NCBI GenBank assembly: GCA_038087875.1
Contig: JAXLNO010000655.1
Coordinates: forward strand, 558,001 to 620,429
Origin: Malacoraja senta
Taxonomy: Eukaryota
Direction: 5' to 3'
DNA length: 62,429 nucleotides
Part shown: positions 1-12,231 of the stretch, piece by piece
Layout: the number at the start of each line of letters is the position of its first letter
Position numbering within the stretch: position 1 is the stretch's first letter
Translations under genes and position numbers: made by a program
Notes under the pieces: generated by a model
The model's input: only the letters and a program-made list of their open reading frames with translations
Databases searched by the model: none
What the model was told of the DNA's origin: nothing

Positions 1-67
1 TGTGGGTTTTTTTTGTAAATCAGCATCTGCAGTTCCTCCTTCCTGCAGCTTTATAGGAAATTGGTTC

Positions 68-620
68 AGGGCCTGTCCCACTTGGGCGACCTAATCCGCG
101 AGTTCTGGCGAGTTTGCCCACGACTCATACTCACAGCATGGTCGACACGAGGTCGCAGGAGGTCTTTGTAACTCTCCTTCATGCTCGAGAGTAGTCCCCG
201 CGTACTCGGGGCCTCAGCTAGGTCACGCCGTATTTTTCAACATGTTGAAAAATGCCCGCGAGTAAAAAAAGGTCGCCATGGAAAAAAATCAATACTTTTT
301 TTACTCGTAGGTTTAGTCGTAGTAGGTCGCCATGTTAGTCGTAGGTAATCGAGGGTAGTCGAAGGTAGTCGTAAATAGTCTTCATCATAGTCGAAGTGAG
401 GTCGAAGGGAGGTCGAAGGAGATCGAAGGAGGTCCTCTTCACTCTCCACTGTTCGGTGTCCAATTTTTCTGACGTTAGTCGTAGCTAGTCGAAGCTGGTC
501 TTCAACATAGTCGAAGGAGGTCGAAGGAGGTCTTCAACATAGTCGAAGAAGGTCTTCAACATGTCATTTGTTCAAACTCTTCTAAACTCGCCAATTAGGT
601 CGCCCAAGTGGTACAGCCCT
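68..620. mobile_element. PIF/Harbinger-type MITE, subfamily A (intact, ~553 bp)
   Basis: TIRs AGGGCCTGTCCCACTTGGGCGACCTAAT ... ATTAGGTCGCCCAAGTGGTACAGCCCT; degenerate 3-bp flanks TTC/TTA; non-coding, CpG-rich, GTCGTAG/GTCGAAG internal motifs; second copy at 3614-13528. Confidence 0.8.
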
Positions 621-626
621 TTAAGA

Positions 627-775
627 CTCCATGCCACTGGATCCTGACCCAGATCTGTCAAGGACCATGGGGTGGCTGTCTGTGCACCAGTCTCCCCACA
701 TTAAACAAAGTCACGCACAGGCATCCTCCATGGAGAGGACAGTCATACTCGTTTCGAGTGACCGCCGATGATGAT
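627..775 (+). repeat. Possible retroelement 3' end (stem-loop plus (GAT)n tail, RTE-like)
   Basis: Hairpin GTCATACTCG-TTT-CGAGTGAC followed by CGCCGATGATGAT; family assignment is inference only. Confidence 0.3.
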
Positions 776-1154
776 CGTCTACTGACATTGTGGGCTGGTG
801 TGCCTGTCCCTGTGCTGTGCTGTTCTCTGCTTTATGTTCCATTTGGAAGAAGTATTGTTACACATTGAATGCATCGACCAAAACAAAATAGTGAAATGAT
901 TACATGTAACTCAAAGGGCAACATTTTATTAGCAAGTTCTATGTTCTATTAGTCTTTTGCGAATCAAGCACTTTGTCACATGATCCATGCAGAGACCCAC
1001 AAAGCAGGTGAATAGAAACATCACGACACGCTGTTCATTTCAGTCTGCGTTGTACCTGAATTTATTTATTTGGGAATTACTGAATCTCTGGCCCAGATTC
1101 ACCCCTTTATTTTCCTCAATGACATTCCATTAATCACTGGTGGTGGGAAATATT

Positions 1155-1490
1155 CTGATGAAAGGATTTTGTCCTTGGTCATTAATCTGTATCTCAATTA
1201 GTTGCATCATGGCCTGGCACGGCAATTCCAATGCACATGATCGCAAGAGGCTGCCGAGAGTGGTGAACTCAGCCCAGTCCATCACAGCCACATCCTTCCC
1301 CTCCATCAAAAGCATCTACACGAGACGCTGCCTCACATTGATGGCATCTATCATCAGGGATCTCCACCAATTTGGACCATGTCTGCTTCTTGCTACTACA
1401 ATCGGACATGAAGTACGGAAGCCTCACGCCACCAGGTTCAGTAAGAGCTACTTCAGTTTCTGATGGTTGTAGGAATTGTTGAACCACGAG
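1155..1490 (+). pseudogene. Rex1/Babar LINE 3' ORF fragment
   Basis: Translation SCIMAWHGN..DRKRLPRVVNSAQSIT..PSIKSIYTRRCL..ASII aligns with the C-terminus of the Rex ORF at 5589-7919. Confidence 0.75.
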
Positions 1491-1608
1491 CAGTAGCTCT
1501 ACTCAATAACCAAATGTCTGTAGCGAGCCGGAGAAAACCCACGCTGTCGGGCATGGCCACGGCATGCCCGTGTGGAGGTGCGCCTATGACAATAAATGCT
1601 TAACAATA

Positions 1609-1919
1609 GGGGAGGCAGAGTGGCGCTGCGGTAGAGTTGCTGCCTCACTGCTCCAGAGACCTGAGTTCGAACCTCACTACGGATGCTTGCCTGTCCGGAG
1701 TTTGTAGGTTCTCCCCGTGACCTGCGTGGGTTTTCTCCGGGTGCTCCGGTTTCCTCTCACACTCCAAAGATGAAGAGTTTTGTGGGCTAATTAGCTTTGA
1801 TAAAAATTGTCCCTAGTGTGTGCGTAGGATAGCGTTCGAGTGCGGGGATCGCTGGTCGGTGCGGACTCGGTGGGCGGAAGGGCCTGTTTTCACGCCGTAT
1901 CTCTAAAACTAAACGAAAC
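1609..1919 (+). mobile_element. HE1-like tRNA-derived V-SINE with CR1-type tail
   Basis: A-box/B-box head (TGGCGC..CGG; GTTCGAAC), V-domain GGTTTCCTC.CACACTCCAAAGA, GAAGGGCCTGTTT tail, (CTAAA)n end. Confidence 0.85.
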
Positions 1920-2289
1920 ATAAATGTTGCTTTCTCCAAAGATGTTAACTGACCTATCGAGTATCTCCAACATTGCTTCTTTCGAGTCCATGGATAGTTT
2001 CTCCTTTTGCTGTCGGCTCAAGAGCTGACAAATGATTAATCGTCGAGGTCATTGAAAAAGTGCGAGAATTTGCTGCCATGCATAAATAGGTTTCGATCTT
2101 AATTTGCCATTTCAAGAAGGCTGTCGGCTCCCAACATTGCTCATCTGCCATCTTCGGAGAGAGAGATATCCATTTTATATTGAATCACATCAACACAAAC
2201 TGAATTACAATGACAAGAGCCAGTTTCAACACAGCCTGAACTGCATTCAACTTTCACAATTTTACATTGATTTGTAAATCGGCATCAAG

Positions 2290-2650
2290 GGAGCCAAAAT
2301 GGAAGTGGTTGAGAACTTCGAGTACCCTGGTGTTAATATTACCAACAATCCGTCCTGGACCAACCACCTTGATGCGGCGGCCAAGAAGGCATGCCAATGA
2401 CTACTTCCTGAGAAACATAGAAACATAGAAAATAGGTGGAGTAGGCCATTCGGCTCCTCGAGCCAGCACCACCATTCAATATGATCATGGCTGATCATCC
2501 AAAATCAGTATCCCGCTCCTGCTTCTGTTAGCCCCGAGAGTTAAATCCAACTCTCTCTTGAAAACATCAAGATAATTGAGGAAATTCGGCATGTCTCCAA
2601 TGACTCCTGCACACTTCTACAGATGTACCATAGAAAACATACCATCAGGT
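2290..2650 (+). repeat. Rex/Babar fragment interrupted by a minus-strand CR1 3' end (2412-2570)
   Basis: VENFEYPGVNITNN.SWTNH translation, resuming after a CR1 tail that begins AAACATAGAAACATAG. Confidence 0.6.
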
Positions 2651-5451
2651 TGCAAAAAAATGAGATAACATAGAATTAGTGGGAGCGTGTGATCAATGGT
2701 CGGTGTGGACTCTTTGGGCTGAAGGGCCCGTTTCCACGCTGTATCTCTAAACTGAACAAAAAACACAAGAGACTGCAGGTACTGGAAACTGGATTGAAAA
2801 ACAGACAGCTGGAGGAACTCAACACATCAGGCAATATCTAAACTCTTCCAAACCTTTTAAAACCTGTGGTGAACTAAATGCATCTTAAGAAAAAGAACAA
2901 GTAGTTTTCTACTCATTTTATTTCAAATGAATGTCCCGGGGTTGAGAACAACTTGCTGCCATTCCAGTTCTGAAGGGGCTGATAAGGTTACAGGTGAGGC
3001 AGGACAGGTGGGTGCTTGATAAGTAGGTATTTTGAGAGGCGGTGCACTTTTTCCACTGCTGACAAAGAGCCTTTAGAACATTGAACAATACAGCACAGGA
3101 ACAGGCCCTTCGGCCCACAATAACCACACCGAACATGATGCCAAGTGGCAGTTTTTACAACGTTCTCGAAATCCAATTTCGATAGCCATTAATTATCGTA
3201 AATGATTTGAAGGTATAGCCTAACGCACTCACGATGCACATAAGACAGCAAAGATAAATCTTCCAGACGTCGTTTCTTGATTAATTAGTCATTTATCGAA
3301 GTAATACAAAACAAAGAAGTAACTCATAACTTTCCGCTCTTAATCGCTGCTCCATTCACGTCATCTCAATCGCATAAAAGCTACTTCTTATAAAGGTATG
3401 TCGTCCTGTAACATGCGTGTCGTGATCATGGTAGAAAACTATTTCCCATCGTACTCCGACACAAATCTAAAACTTCTAATCTGCGAGTCTGCGTGAGACT
3501 CCCCTAACAAAAGAACACACCCCTACTACGTATCAAATCCTGCATACAAAAATACAGACAGATAAAGACTAAAATATTCAAAATGTTAGACATGGCTATA
3601 ATATACTGACTGAAAGGCCTGTCCCACTTGGGCGACCTAATCCGCAAATTCTGGCGAGTTTGCCCTCGATTCATACACAGTATGGTCGACACGAGGTCGT
3701 AGGAGGTCTTCGTAACTCTCCTTCATGCTTGAGAGCGGTCTCTGTGTACTCGAGGCCTCAGCTAGGTCGCGGCGTTTTTTTCAATATGTTAAAAAAATGC
3801 CCGCGAGTAAAATAAAAGGTCGCCATGGAAAAAATCGATACGGCGTTCACACATTGGGAAAGATTAGGAATTAAAAACCTGGGAGATCTTTATGAGATGG
3901 GGACTCTCCTCTCATTTCAAGAATTACAGTCGAAATATCATCTGAAAGGTAGCCAATACTAGATATCTTCAAATACAAGACGATGTGAAATCACATACCC
4001 AAGACTGTCAATATATGGTTCCAGACATATTAGACGAATGCATGAATAGAAACTCGGATTCAAATAAGTTAATATCGTACCTTTATAATACCCTTTTAAA
4101 TATACAAATTCCATCGTCGGAAATAATTAGGCGAGCTTGGGAAGATGAATTGGGCCTAACAATTTTAAAAGATTGATGGGAGGAAAGCCTTCTCTATATA
4201 TATATATATATAACTGTTCTCTTAACGCTAGGCATTCGTTAATACAATTTAAAATACTGCATAGACTTTATTATTCAAAGTCTAAACTGAATAAGTTCTT
4301 CCCAAATGTTTCCCCTATTTGTGATAAATGTCTCCTTCAGGAAGCAACCATAACTCATTCTTTTGCCTCCTGTATAAAGTTACATAATTTCTGGAGTGGA
4401 ATTTTTGAAATTTTTTCTAAAATACTTAAAATATAATTGGACCCCGACACAGAATTGGTTGCTCTAGGTACGTCAGAAGCCTGTTCTGAGCTAACATTAT
4501 TTCAAAGACGTTTCCTTAATTATGGCCTGATAATGGCGAAAAAACAAATACTTAAATTTTGGAAACACACATCAATCCCTACTGTCAAGATGTGGATTAC
4601 AAACATGTCCGAGACACTACATTTGGAAAATATTAGGCTTGTCTTGGCAGAAAAAACAGATCAATTTTTCAAGACATGGACACCCTTTACCGAATTCTTA
4701 CAAGGATAGTATGGCGCAACACAAATTTGGATTTAAATCCAATTCTGGGTTGGGTGAGGTGGGCGGGGGGGACGAGGGGCAGGTATATCTCCACTTTTTT
4801 CTTTTTTTCTTTTTTTTTCCTTTTCCTCTCTTATATCTTTATTCACTCTTTGGCCACACTACTTTGGTGGTCTTTTCACTTTTCCCTTTTTCCCCTCTCT
4901 TGTTCTTTCTTTCTTCCTTTCCCTCATTTTCAGGTTTTTTAAAAATATTTTTTATTTTATTAGAAGTAAGTACAGTAATGTGGCACCAAGGTGCCTAATA
5001 TATATTGACATGTTACATTGAATGTACAGCTTCATTTTTTTTTTTCCCCTTAACAATAAAAGAGAAAAAGAAAGAATAGGTAATAAAGAGATAGAAAAGG
5101 CGTGTGATGTCTAGATGTGTGAAAAGGAAAAGGGAGGAAAGAGGGGAAGAAGAAAAAAGAGAGAGAAAAAGAGGAAGTAGAGAGTAAGAGATTGTAGGAG
5201 ATAGTTATTTATATTCTTGACCATCCTTCACCCAGTCCTGAAACAGTTGGTTTCTACGATTTTGTTGCACCATATGCTTCCAAGAAATCGATAAATGGAG
5301 ACCAACTCGTTAAGAATTGGTCTGTTTTGTCTGTTAGGAGGAATCGCATTTCTTCAAGATGTGCGGTTTCCAACATGTTTGAAATCCACATCTTAAGCGT
5401 TGGTATGGGTGTATTTTTCCAAAATTTAATTATGTTTTTCTTCCCGTTATT

Positions 5452-7948
5452 GAATGAATGAATGAATGAATGAATGAAAACTTTATTGTCATTCAGATAT
5501 ACACCTATACACAGTGCACCTAGAACGAAATTTCGTTGCATTTGACTCTCCAGTTTTTTTTTTTAGAAGTGTCGATATTTAAAAAGTTCTAGCCTCGGTT
5601 TAATTGATTGTTCAATAATCTTATGGCCTGGGGGATGAAGCTGTTGCAGAACCTGGTTGTCCCGCTCTTCATGCTGCGGTACCTCCTCCCAGAGTTAAGC
5701 AGTATAAACAGTCCAAATTGTGGGTGTGTGGGGGCTTTGGTAATGCCCTTAGCTCTACTCAGACAGCGCTTGTACCCCATGTCCATGATGGAAGGAAGAG
5801 AAGTCCCAATGATTTTTTCCGCTGTCCTCACCACTCTCTGAAGGCACTTCCAGTCTGCAGCTGTACAGCTGCCGCACCACGTAGAGATACAGCCGGTCAT
5901 GACCGACTCAATTGTGCTTCTGTAGAAAGTGGCGAGGATGGGAGGGTGGAGGTGTAAACTTCTCAACCTGCGGAGGAAGTACAACCGCTGATGTGCCCGT
6001 TTTGCCAGAGATGTAATGTTTGTGGACCAGTTTAAGGTGTCCGTTATATGCACCCCCAGGAACTTGATGCTTTTCACCTGCTCCACTGCTGAGTTGTTGA
6101 TGCAAAGTGGAGTATGACTGGGCTGAATTTTCCTTCTGAAATCGACTACAATCTCCTTGGTTTTGTTGCCATTTAGGAGAAGGTTGTTCCTGCTGCACCA
6201 GCTCACCAGCTGTTCCACCTCCTCTCTATATGCCTGGTCGTCGTTATTGCGGATGAGGCCCACTACTGTTGTGTCATCCGCGTATTTGATGATATGGTTA
6301 GTGGTGGACCTGGCGACACAGTCATGTGTCATCAATGTAAAGAGCAGCGGACTCAGGACACAGCCCTGAGGGGAGCCGGTGCTCAGTTTGATGACAGAGG
6401 AGGTGTTCTTCCCCACCCGCACAGACTGGGGTCTTTCGGAAAGGAAATCCAGGATCCAGTTGCATAGTATGGTATTGAAACCTAGGGGTGCCAGTTTGCT
6501 CACCAGATGCTGGGGGATTATTGTGTTAAATGCTGAGCTGAAATCAACAAACAGCATCCGCACTTGGGTATTCTTCTCCTCCAGGTGTTGTAGGCTCAGG
6601 TGGACTGCAGAGGAGATTGCATCCTCTGTGGAGCGGTTCGGGCGATAAGCAAACTGGAACGGGTCAAAACTGGAGGGGAGTTTAGAGACCATGTGCTGCT
6701 TAATAAGCCTCTCAAAGCACTTCATTATTATTGGTGTGAGTGCTACGGGGCGGTAATCATTTAGGCAGGTTATTGTAGACTTTTTGGGAACTGGTATGAT
6801 GGTAGCTGTCTTGAAACATGATGGAACAATGGCCTGGTTCAAGGAGATGTTAAAAATGTCTGTCAGAACCAGAGCCAGCTGATCGGCACATCCCCTGAGC
6901 AGACGCCCCGGTATGTTATCCGGTCCGGCTGCCTTTCGCTGGTCAATGCCCTCCAGGATTCTGCGGACTTCAGCAGTTTCAAAAGACAGTGCCTGTTCTC
7001 CTGGTTGTGGCTCTAATTTCCTCACTGTAGTGGTGTTCAGTGCTTCAAACCTGCCGAAATAATTATTTAGTTCATTTAGAAAGTCTGTGTCATCCTTACA
7101 GGACATCTGAGGGGCCTTGTAGTTAGTTATGGCCCGGATGCCTTTCCACATGTTCCTGGTGTTGGTATTATCCTGGAAGAAACCCTGGATTTTCTGTCCA
7201 TGGGCGCGCTTTGCTTTCCTAATTTCGCGGTTGAGGTTGGCTCTCGCTGTTCTCAGAGCCCCCGGATCACCAGATTTAAAAGCCGCATTTCGTGCTTTCA
7301 GCATGGCACGCACCTCTGCAGTAATCCAAGGTTTGTGGTTGGCCCGGGTTGTGATGTTCCTGATGACAATGACGTCCTCCATGCACTTCTGTATGTATCC
7401 CGACACCGACATGGCATACTCATCCACATTGATGTTTTGGTTGTGAGTGGCTGCTGACCTGAACATGTCCCAGTCCGTGCACTCAAAGCAGTCCTGGAGT
7501 GCTTCTGTAGCTCCCTCAGGCCAGACTCTAACTTGCTTCACAGTGGGTTTCTCTCTGATCAGCAGGGGCTTATAGGCTGGGATGAGCATTACAGAGAGGT
7601 GATCAGAGGAGCCGAGGTGAGGCCGGGGTACTGCTCTGAAAGCCTGCTTGATGTTACTGTAGACCCGGTCCAGCGTATTCTCTCCACGTGTAGCAAAGTC
7701 CACATATTGATGGAAATGAGGGAGGACAGTCTTCATGTTGGCCTGGTTAAAATCCCCAGCCACAATGACAACGCCCTTTGGATGATTTCTTTGCAGCTCA
7801 CTGATGGAACGGTAGAGAATACGCAGAGCCTCCTTTGTGTTGGCTGCGGGGGGGATGTATACAGCAGTAATGCTAACCACAGTAAACTCCCGTGGCAGAT
7901 AGAATGGCCTGCATTTCACAGTCAGAAACTCTATGTCCGAAGAGCAGT
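5452..7948 (-). mobile_element. Rex1/Babar non-LTR retrotransposon, 5'-truncated, young
   Basis: (TTCA)n 3' tail at 5452-5476 preceded by AATAAA on the minus strand; contains an uninterrupted 776-aa ORF. Confidence 0.9.
5589..7919 (-). CDS. Rex1/Babar ORF: C-terminal part of APE endonuclease plus reverse transcriptase (N-terminus truncated)
   Basis: [22 protein letters not shown] endonuclease motifs; [37 protein letters not shown] motifs; no stops. Confidence 0.9.
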   Translation of the reverse strand: MKCRPFYLPREFTVVSITAVYIPPAANTKEALRILYRSISELQRNHPKGVVIVAGDFNQANMKTVLPHFHQYVDFATRGENTLDRVYSNIKQAFRAVPRPHLGSSDHLSVMLIPAYKPLLIREKPTVKQVRVWPEGATEALQDCFECTDWDMFRSAATHNQNINVDEYAMSVSGYIQKCMEDVIVIRNITTRANHKPWITAEVRAMLKARNAAFKSGDPGALRTARANLNREIRKAKRAHGQKIQGFFQDNTNTRNMWKGIRAITNYKAPQMSCKDDTDFLNELNNYFGRFEALNTTTVRKLEPQPGEQALSFETAEVRRILEGIDQRKAAGPDNIPGRLLRGCADQLALVLTDIFNISLNQAIVPSCFKTATIIPVPKKSTITCLNDYRPVALTPIIMKCFERLIKQHMVSKLPSSFDPFQFAYRPNRSTEDAISSAVHLSLQHLEEKNTQVRMLFVDFSSAFNTIIPQHLVSKLAPLGFNTILCNWILDFLSERPQSVRVGKNTSSVIKLSTGSPQGCVLSPLLFTLMTHDCVARSTTNHIIKYADDTTVVGLIRNNDDQAYREEVEQLVSWCSRNNLLLNGNKTKEIVVDFRRKIQPSHTPLCINNSAVEQVKSIKFLGVHITDTLNWSTNITSLAKRAHQRLYFLRRLRSLHLHPPILATFYRSTIESVMTGCISTWCGSCTAADWKCLQRVVRTAEKIIGTSLPSIMDMGYKRCLSRAKGITKAPTHPQFGLFILLNSGRRYRSMKSGTTRFCNSFIPQAIRLLNNQLNRG

Positions 7949-8397
7949 AATTAACCCATAATTAAAAAATGAATTTTGAAATGTGTTCAGTTTGTCCCTC
8001 ATTTTCAGGTTAAAAGGTCAAAATTGAATGTACAATAATTGTATAATTTTACTTCGGAGTCACGTGAGTAACTACGTGAAGAACCCGCTCAGTGCGCAGG
8101 CGCGGCATTACGCCAGCAGTGCAACAGCGGCGGCAGCTGGAGGAAGGCGCTCCGGCTGCATTTTGAAAAAACGGAGCGAGCTACGCTGAAGGAGCGTTCT
8201 CGCGGAGGTAGGTCAGGCACCTCCTCCACAGTGTCTTGTGCACTGCCCTCTGCTCCCTCATTACTGGAGGCTAGCATTGGTGACCAGGGTTGGGCTGGTC
8301 TGGAACAGGGGCTGGCGGAAGAATTCGGCAGTATGCAAGGGGTGCAGGAGCAGGAAGAGCTGCTGGGTGTGGTGGACCCGCTATGTAGCAACCCCAC

Positions 8398-9120
8398 GTG
8401 CTGGAAGACCGCTGGAACCAAAAATGGCGGCCCGCATCATCAAATAAGCCCTTGCAGGAGAAGGTACTTCTTGAGGCGCTTGAATTTTATACAGCACCAG
8501 AGAACTGTGAGGCCCTCAGAGTGAAGACTGTGAACAGCCAGATCTGGGGTCACGTGGGGTCAAACATGTGTAACCATGAAATCAAGCTACAGCGGATCCT
8601 AAGGCTCCTGACGTCGGCCATTACAGCCTTTGCTCGTTCTGTGCAAAGTACGGAGATGGATACGTGCCAGCAGGATGTGCTGGCACTGATGTGCAACACA
8701 CAATTTGAGATACACAATCTCCGGCGGGGAAACATAAGACCTGCCCTCAATCCCAAATTTGCTGGGTTGTGCAGAGCCCCAGCAGCAGAGACGGACGCTC
8801 TGTTATTTGGGAAAGACCTCAACAAAAAACTGAGGGACATGGAGGAAGCAGCGACATCTTTCGGCCTCATGAGGGCAGGCCCTGGGACGAGCAAACCAAG
8901 AGCTACAATACCCAAGCGGCAGCACCCCATGGCATCCACCAGTCGACGTCCTCAATATGGGACTGGTGAAAGCTCGGGGACCGCATTTTATCCCCAAAGA
9001 TCTTTTTTAGATCAGGGCCCACAGCGGACCCCATGGAAAATGCACCACCCCCCAACATCGCCAGCACGTCAGACAAGCAAAACCTACAAAAACATCAGGA
9101 AACAAAAGAAACACCAATGA
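8398..9120 (+). pseudogene. DIRS ORF1 (gag-like), partial
   Basis: PENCEALRVKTVNSQIW, LRRGNIRPALNPKF, LLFGKDL motifs; position upstream of RT; homologous to 62136-62429. Confidence 0.75.
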
Positions 9121-9122
9121 AC

Positions 9123-10982
9123 ATGGAGGTAGGTGGGTCTGGTTCCTGCCAGCATATAGAGAATAAGGGTGCTTTACTAACAGAGGGGAGATTACACTGG
9201 TTTAAAGAAGCATGGGTTACTGTCACGTGTGACAAGTATATACTCAACAGCATTAGTGGAGAGGTCATCCAAACGACCAAACATGAACCTTTGGAATTTG
9301 TATCAAATAAAACCAAAAAAGATGGTGGATGTCGCATCATCATTGACTTAACATCACTAAATAAGTTTGTTGAGTATATACATTTCAAAATGGAGACATT
9401 TGTTACTGCCAAACAACTGATTTCCAAAGGATACTTCATGGCAAGCATTGATCTGAAAGATGCTTACTATCTAATACCCATACACAAGGATCATTGCAAA
9501 TACCTACAATTTATCTGGTTGGGGCAGCTGAGGCAGTACAAAGCATTGCCCAATGGGCTAACTTCAGCCCCAAGATTATTCATCAAAATATTGAAAATAG
9601 CCATGGCAAGACTAAGAAACAAACACATATTGTCATGGCATACCTGGATGATATTCAGATAGTAGGGAAAACGATGGAATTGGCTGTGGCAGCAGTATCA
9701 GCTACAAAACAGCTCCTCGAAACTCTGGGGTTCATCCTACATCCAGATAAATCTAAGTTGAAGCCATCCACTATTATGGACTACCTGGGCTTCACAATTA
9801 ACACAGTCCATATGACTGTTACCTTGCCAAAAGGAAAAATAAAAATAAATAAATAAATAAATAAATTTAAAATAAAATAAAATAAAAATAAAAAAAAATG
9901 GTTGCATTAGCACAATCATGCAACTATTTAATGGTCAACAAACGACCAACTATTCGACAAGTCCCAAGAGTGATTGGGAAAATGGTAGCAGCATTTCCAG
10001 CTACACAATGCGGACCTTTGCACTATCAAAATTTACAAACAGCAAAGGTACAGGCACTAAAACGACATACAGGTCACGATGTTCGTGTCATGTAATTACC
10101 CACTGAAGCAATATCAGCTACAGTGGTGGGCAGAAAATGTTTGGCATAGTTTCAGCTCTATCATCATCACTAACCTTACTTTAGTTCTTCAAACAGATGC
10201 CAGTGCTCAAGGCTGGGGAGCAACTAACTCCATATCCAGCACAGGTGGTAGATGGACTAACCTAGAGTCATCATTACTACTGACACTGGGCATTAACTAT
10301 CTAGAGATGTTGGGCGCCTTTTATGGGTTAAAAAGCATATGTATCTAATATGCAGCACTTGCATGTTCGGTTACAGATTGATAATACTATGGTGGTGGCT
10401 TATATTAACCATATGGGCGGCATAAAATCATTATCATGCGACAAATTGGTCAACGTGATTTGGCTATGGTGTGTCGAAAGACATATTTCGCTATCAGCTA
10501 CTTATCTACCAGGTAAGCTAAACACAGTGGCAGACACCAGGTCACGCAAATTCAATGATAACATCGAATGGATGTTAAACCCTAAAGTATTTGCTAAAGT
10601 TATTAAGCAGTATGGAACGCCAGATATCGATGTATTTGCATGAAGACGAAATCACCAGTTACCTATATATGTCGCTTGGGAACCAGACCCAGAGGCAGCA
10701 GCGATACATGCCATCACGCTGGATTGGGGAAATGTCTTCTTCTATGCTTTCCCTCCCTTCTGCCTCATCAGTCGGGTACTTCGCAAAATACAGATGGACT
10801 CTGCTTCTGGAATTTTGATGGTGCCCGACTGGCCTACACAGCCATGGTTCCCGGTTCTACATGACATGGTGGTTGAGTCACCAATGGTCTTTCCCAGTGA
10901 TCCAGGATTATTAACTCACCCAGTATCAGGCATAAGCCACCCATGCCATGAGAAAATTAAACTCCTGGGTTGCAGGTTTTGA
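9123..10982 (+). pseudogene. DIRS pol: RT + RNase H + N6-adenine methyltransferase-like domain, frameshifted
   Basis: IDLKDAYY, LPNGLTSAPR, YLDD (RT); TDASAQGWG, INYLEM, DNT..VAYINHMGG (RNase H); DIDVFA, YAFPPF, VPDWPTQPWFP (MT). Confidence 0.9.
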
Positions 10983-10999
10983 ATAGACCTTACCTGGAA

Positions 11000-11951
11000 C
11001 TGGGATTGTCCGAACGAACCATCACCACCATGTCGGCATCCCTTTGAACATCCACCAAGAGGCAGTACTTAATCAGCATAAGAAAATGGGAGAAGTACTG
11101 CCAGGAAACAGGGACAACGTATGCAACAGCCACAGCCACCAACGTACTGGAATTCCTGGCCCATCTACACCATGATGAAGGGATCAGTTACAGTGCCATC
11201 AACACAGCGCGAAGTGCTCTTTCTGCTTATCTCAAACCAGCAGGACAACAGGCAATGGGATCCCACCCACTGGTGGTAAAACTGATGAAGGGCATTTATG
11301 ATATCAAGCCCCTAAACCCAGGTATACCCATATTTGGGATATCAGTGTGGTCCTGACATACCTCAGGGAATGGCCACCAGCCAGATCCCTCAGCCTCGAG
11401 CAATCTACACTAAAGACGCTCATGTTGATGGCACTCGTATCCGCTCAGAGGGTTCAGTCACTACACAAGTTAAGGCTGGACAACATGGTGACCACCCCAG
11501 ATCAGATCACATTCATCATACAGGGTCTGGTGAAGCAAAGCAGGCCAGGAACAGCTAATCCACTGGTGGTATTCCGGGCCTACCCACAAGAGCCACGGTT
11601 GTGTGTCGTGACCCATCTACAACATTACATAGACACAACCCACAATATCAGAGGGAGTGAAAAAGCCTTATGGGTCAGCCACAAATAACCTCATGGCCGG
11701 GTAACGAGCCAAACCATTTCAAGATGGCTCAAACAGGTACTGAACGCTGCCGGAATAGATACTAATACATTTAAATCTCATTCCACTAGGGCAGCATCTA
11801 CATCAACGGCCGACAGAATGGACGTACCGGTTGACCATATTCTGAATACAGCAGGATGGTCGAGGGAAACGACATTCAGAACTTTTATAATAAGCCGTTG
11901 ATGAAACCTGATTTATTTGCAGAGAAAATATTACAAGCTGCAAATATTTAA
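11000..11951 (+). pseudogene. DIRS tyrosine recombinase, disrupted
   Basis: N-terminal TKRQY..KWEKYC..INTARSALS; catalytic SAQRVQSL, SHSTRAAS, AGWSRETTFRTFY; internal stops and frameshift. Confidence 0.9.
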
Positions 11952-12119
11952 TTTAAGCCCGGGGAAGCACTTTAATTTTGTTATTGTTAATAAATACCTT
12001 TTTTGTTTCTTGAGAAACAGATTCATTGGTTGATTACGATAACACTTCCTCCCTCAAGAACTTTCGGCAGTGAGTGAAATAAAACTGTTACACGGTTTGA
12101 AATCACAGAGCTTTGAAAT

Positions 12120-12231
12120 CTTCACGTAGTCACTCACGTGACTCCGAAGTAAAATAGTAAGATTAAACGAGAACTTACCAGTTTGAAGTTTGATCTGTAT
12201 TTTATGAGGAGTTACGATGAGGGATTACGTG
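12120..12231 (+). repeat. DIRS internal complementary region (ICR)
   Basis: Complementary to the left (8047-8081) and right (12380-12459) termini, joined through a shared AAAA. Confidence 0.92.

Larger units (their letters stand above)
4937..7994 (-). mobile_element. Second 5'-truncated L1-clade LINE, antisense (pieces 4937-5451 and ~7950-7994)
   Basis: ORF2 end [13 protein letters not shown] / GKK..IKFWKNTPIPTLKMWISNM split by Rex; T-rich tail at left; perfect 17-bp TSD TCCCTCATTTTCAGGTT at 4920-4936 and 7995-8011. Confidence 0.85.

Noticed and set aside
1609..1690. tRNA genes at SINE heads
   Set aside because: A/B boxes run straight into the V-domain and CR1 tail with no complete cloverleaf; these are SINE heads.
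5608..7961. Plus-strand ORFs over the Rex element
   Set aside because: Antisense shadows of the 776-aa frame; the minus-strand ORFs over the CR1 at 31157-33322 are equivalent.
11000..11951. Phage integrase or bacterial contamination
   Set aside because: The YR and MT sit within DIRS ITR/ICR architecture nested in vertebrate LINEs.
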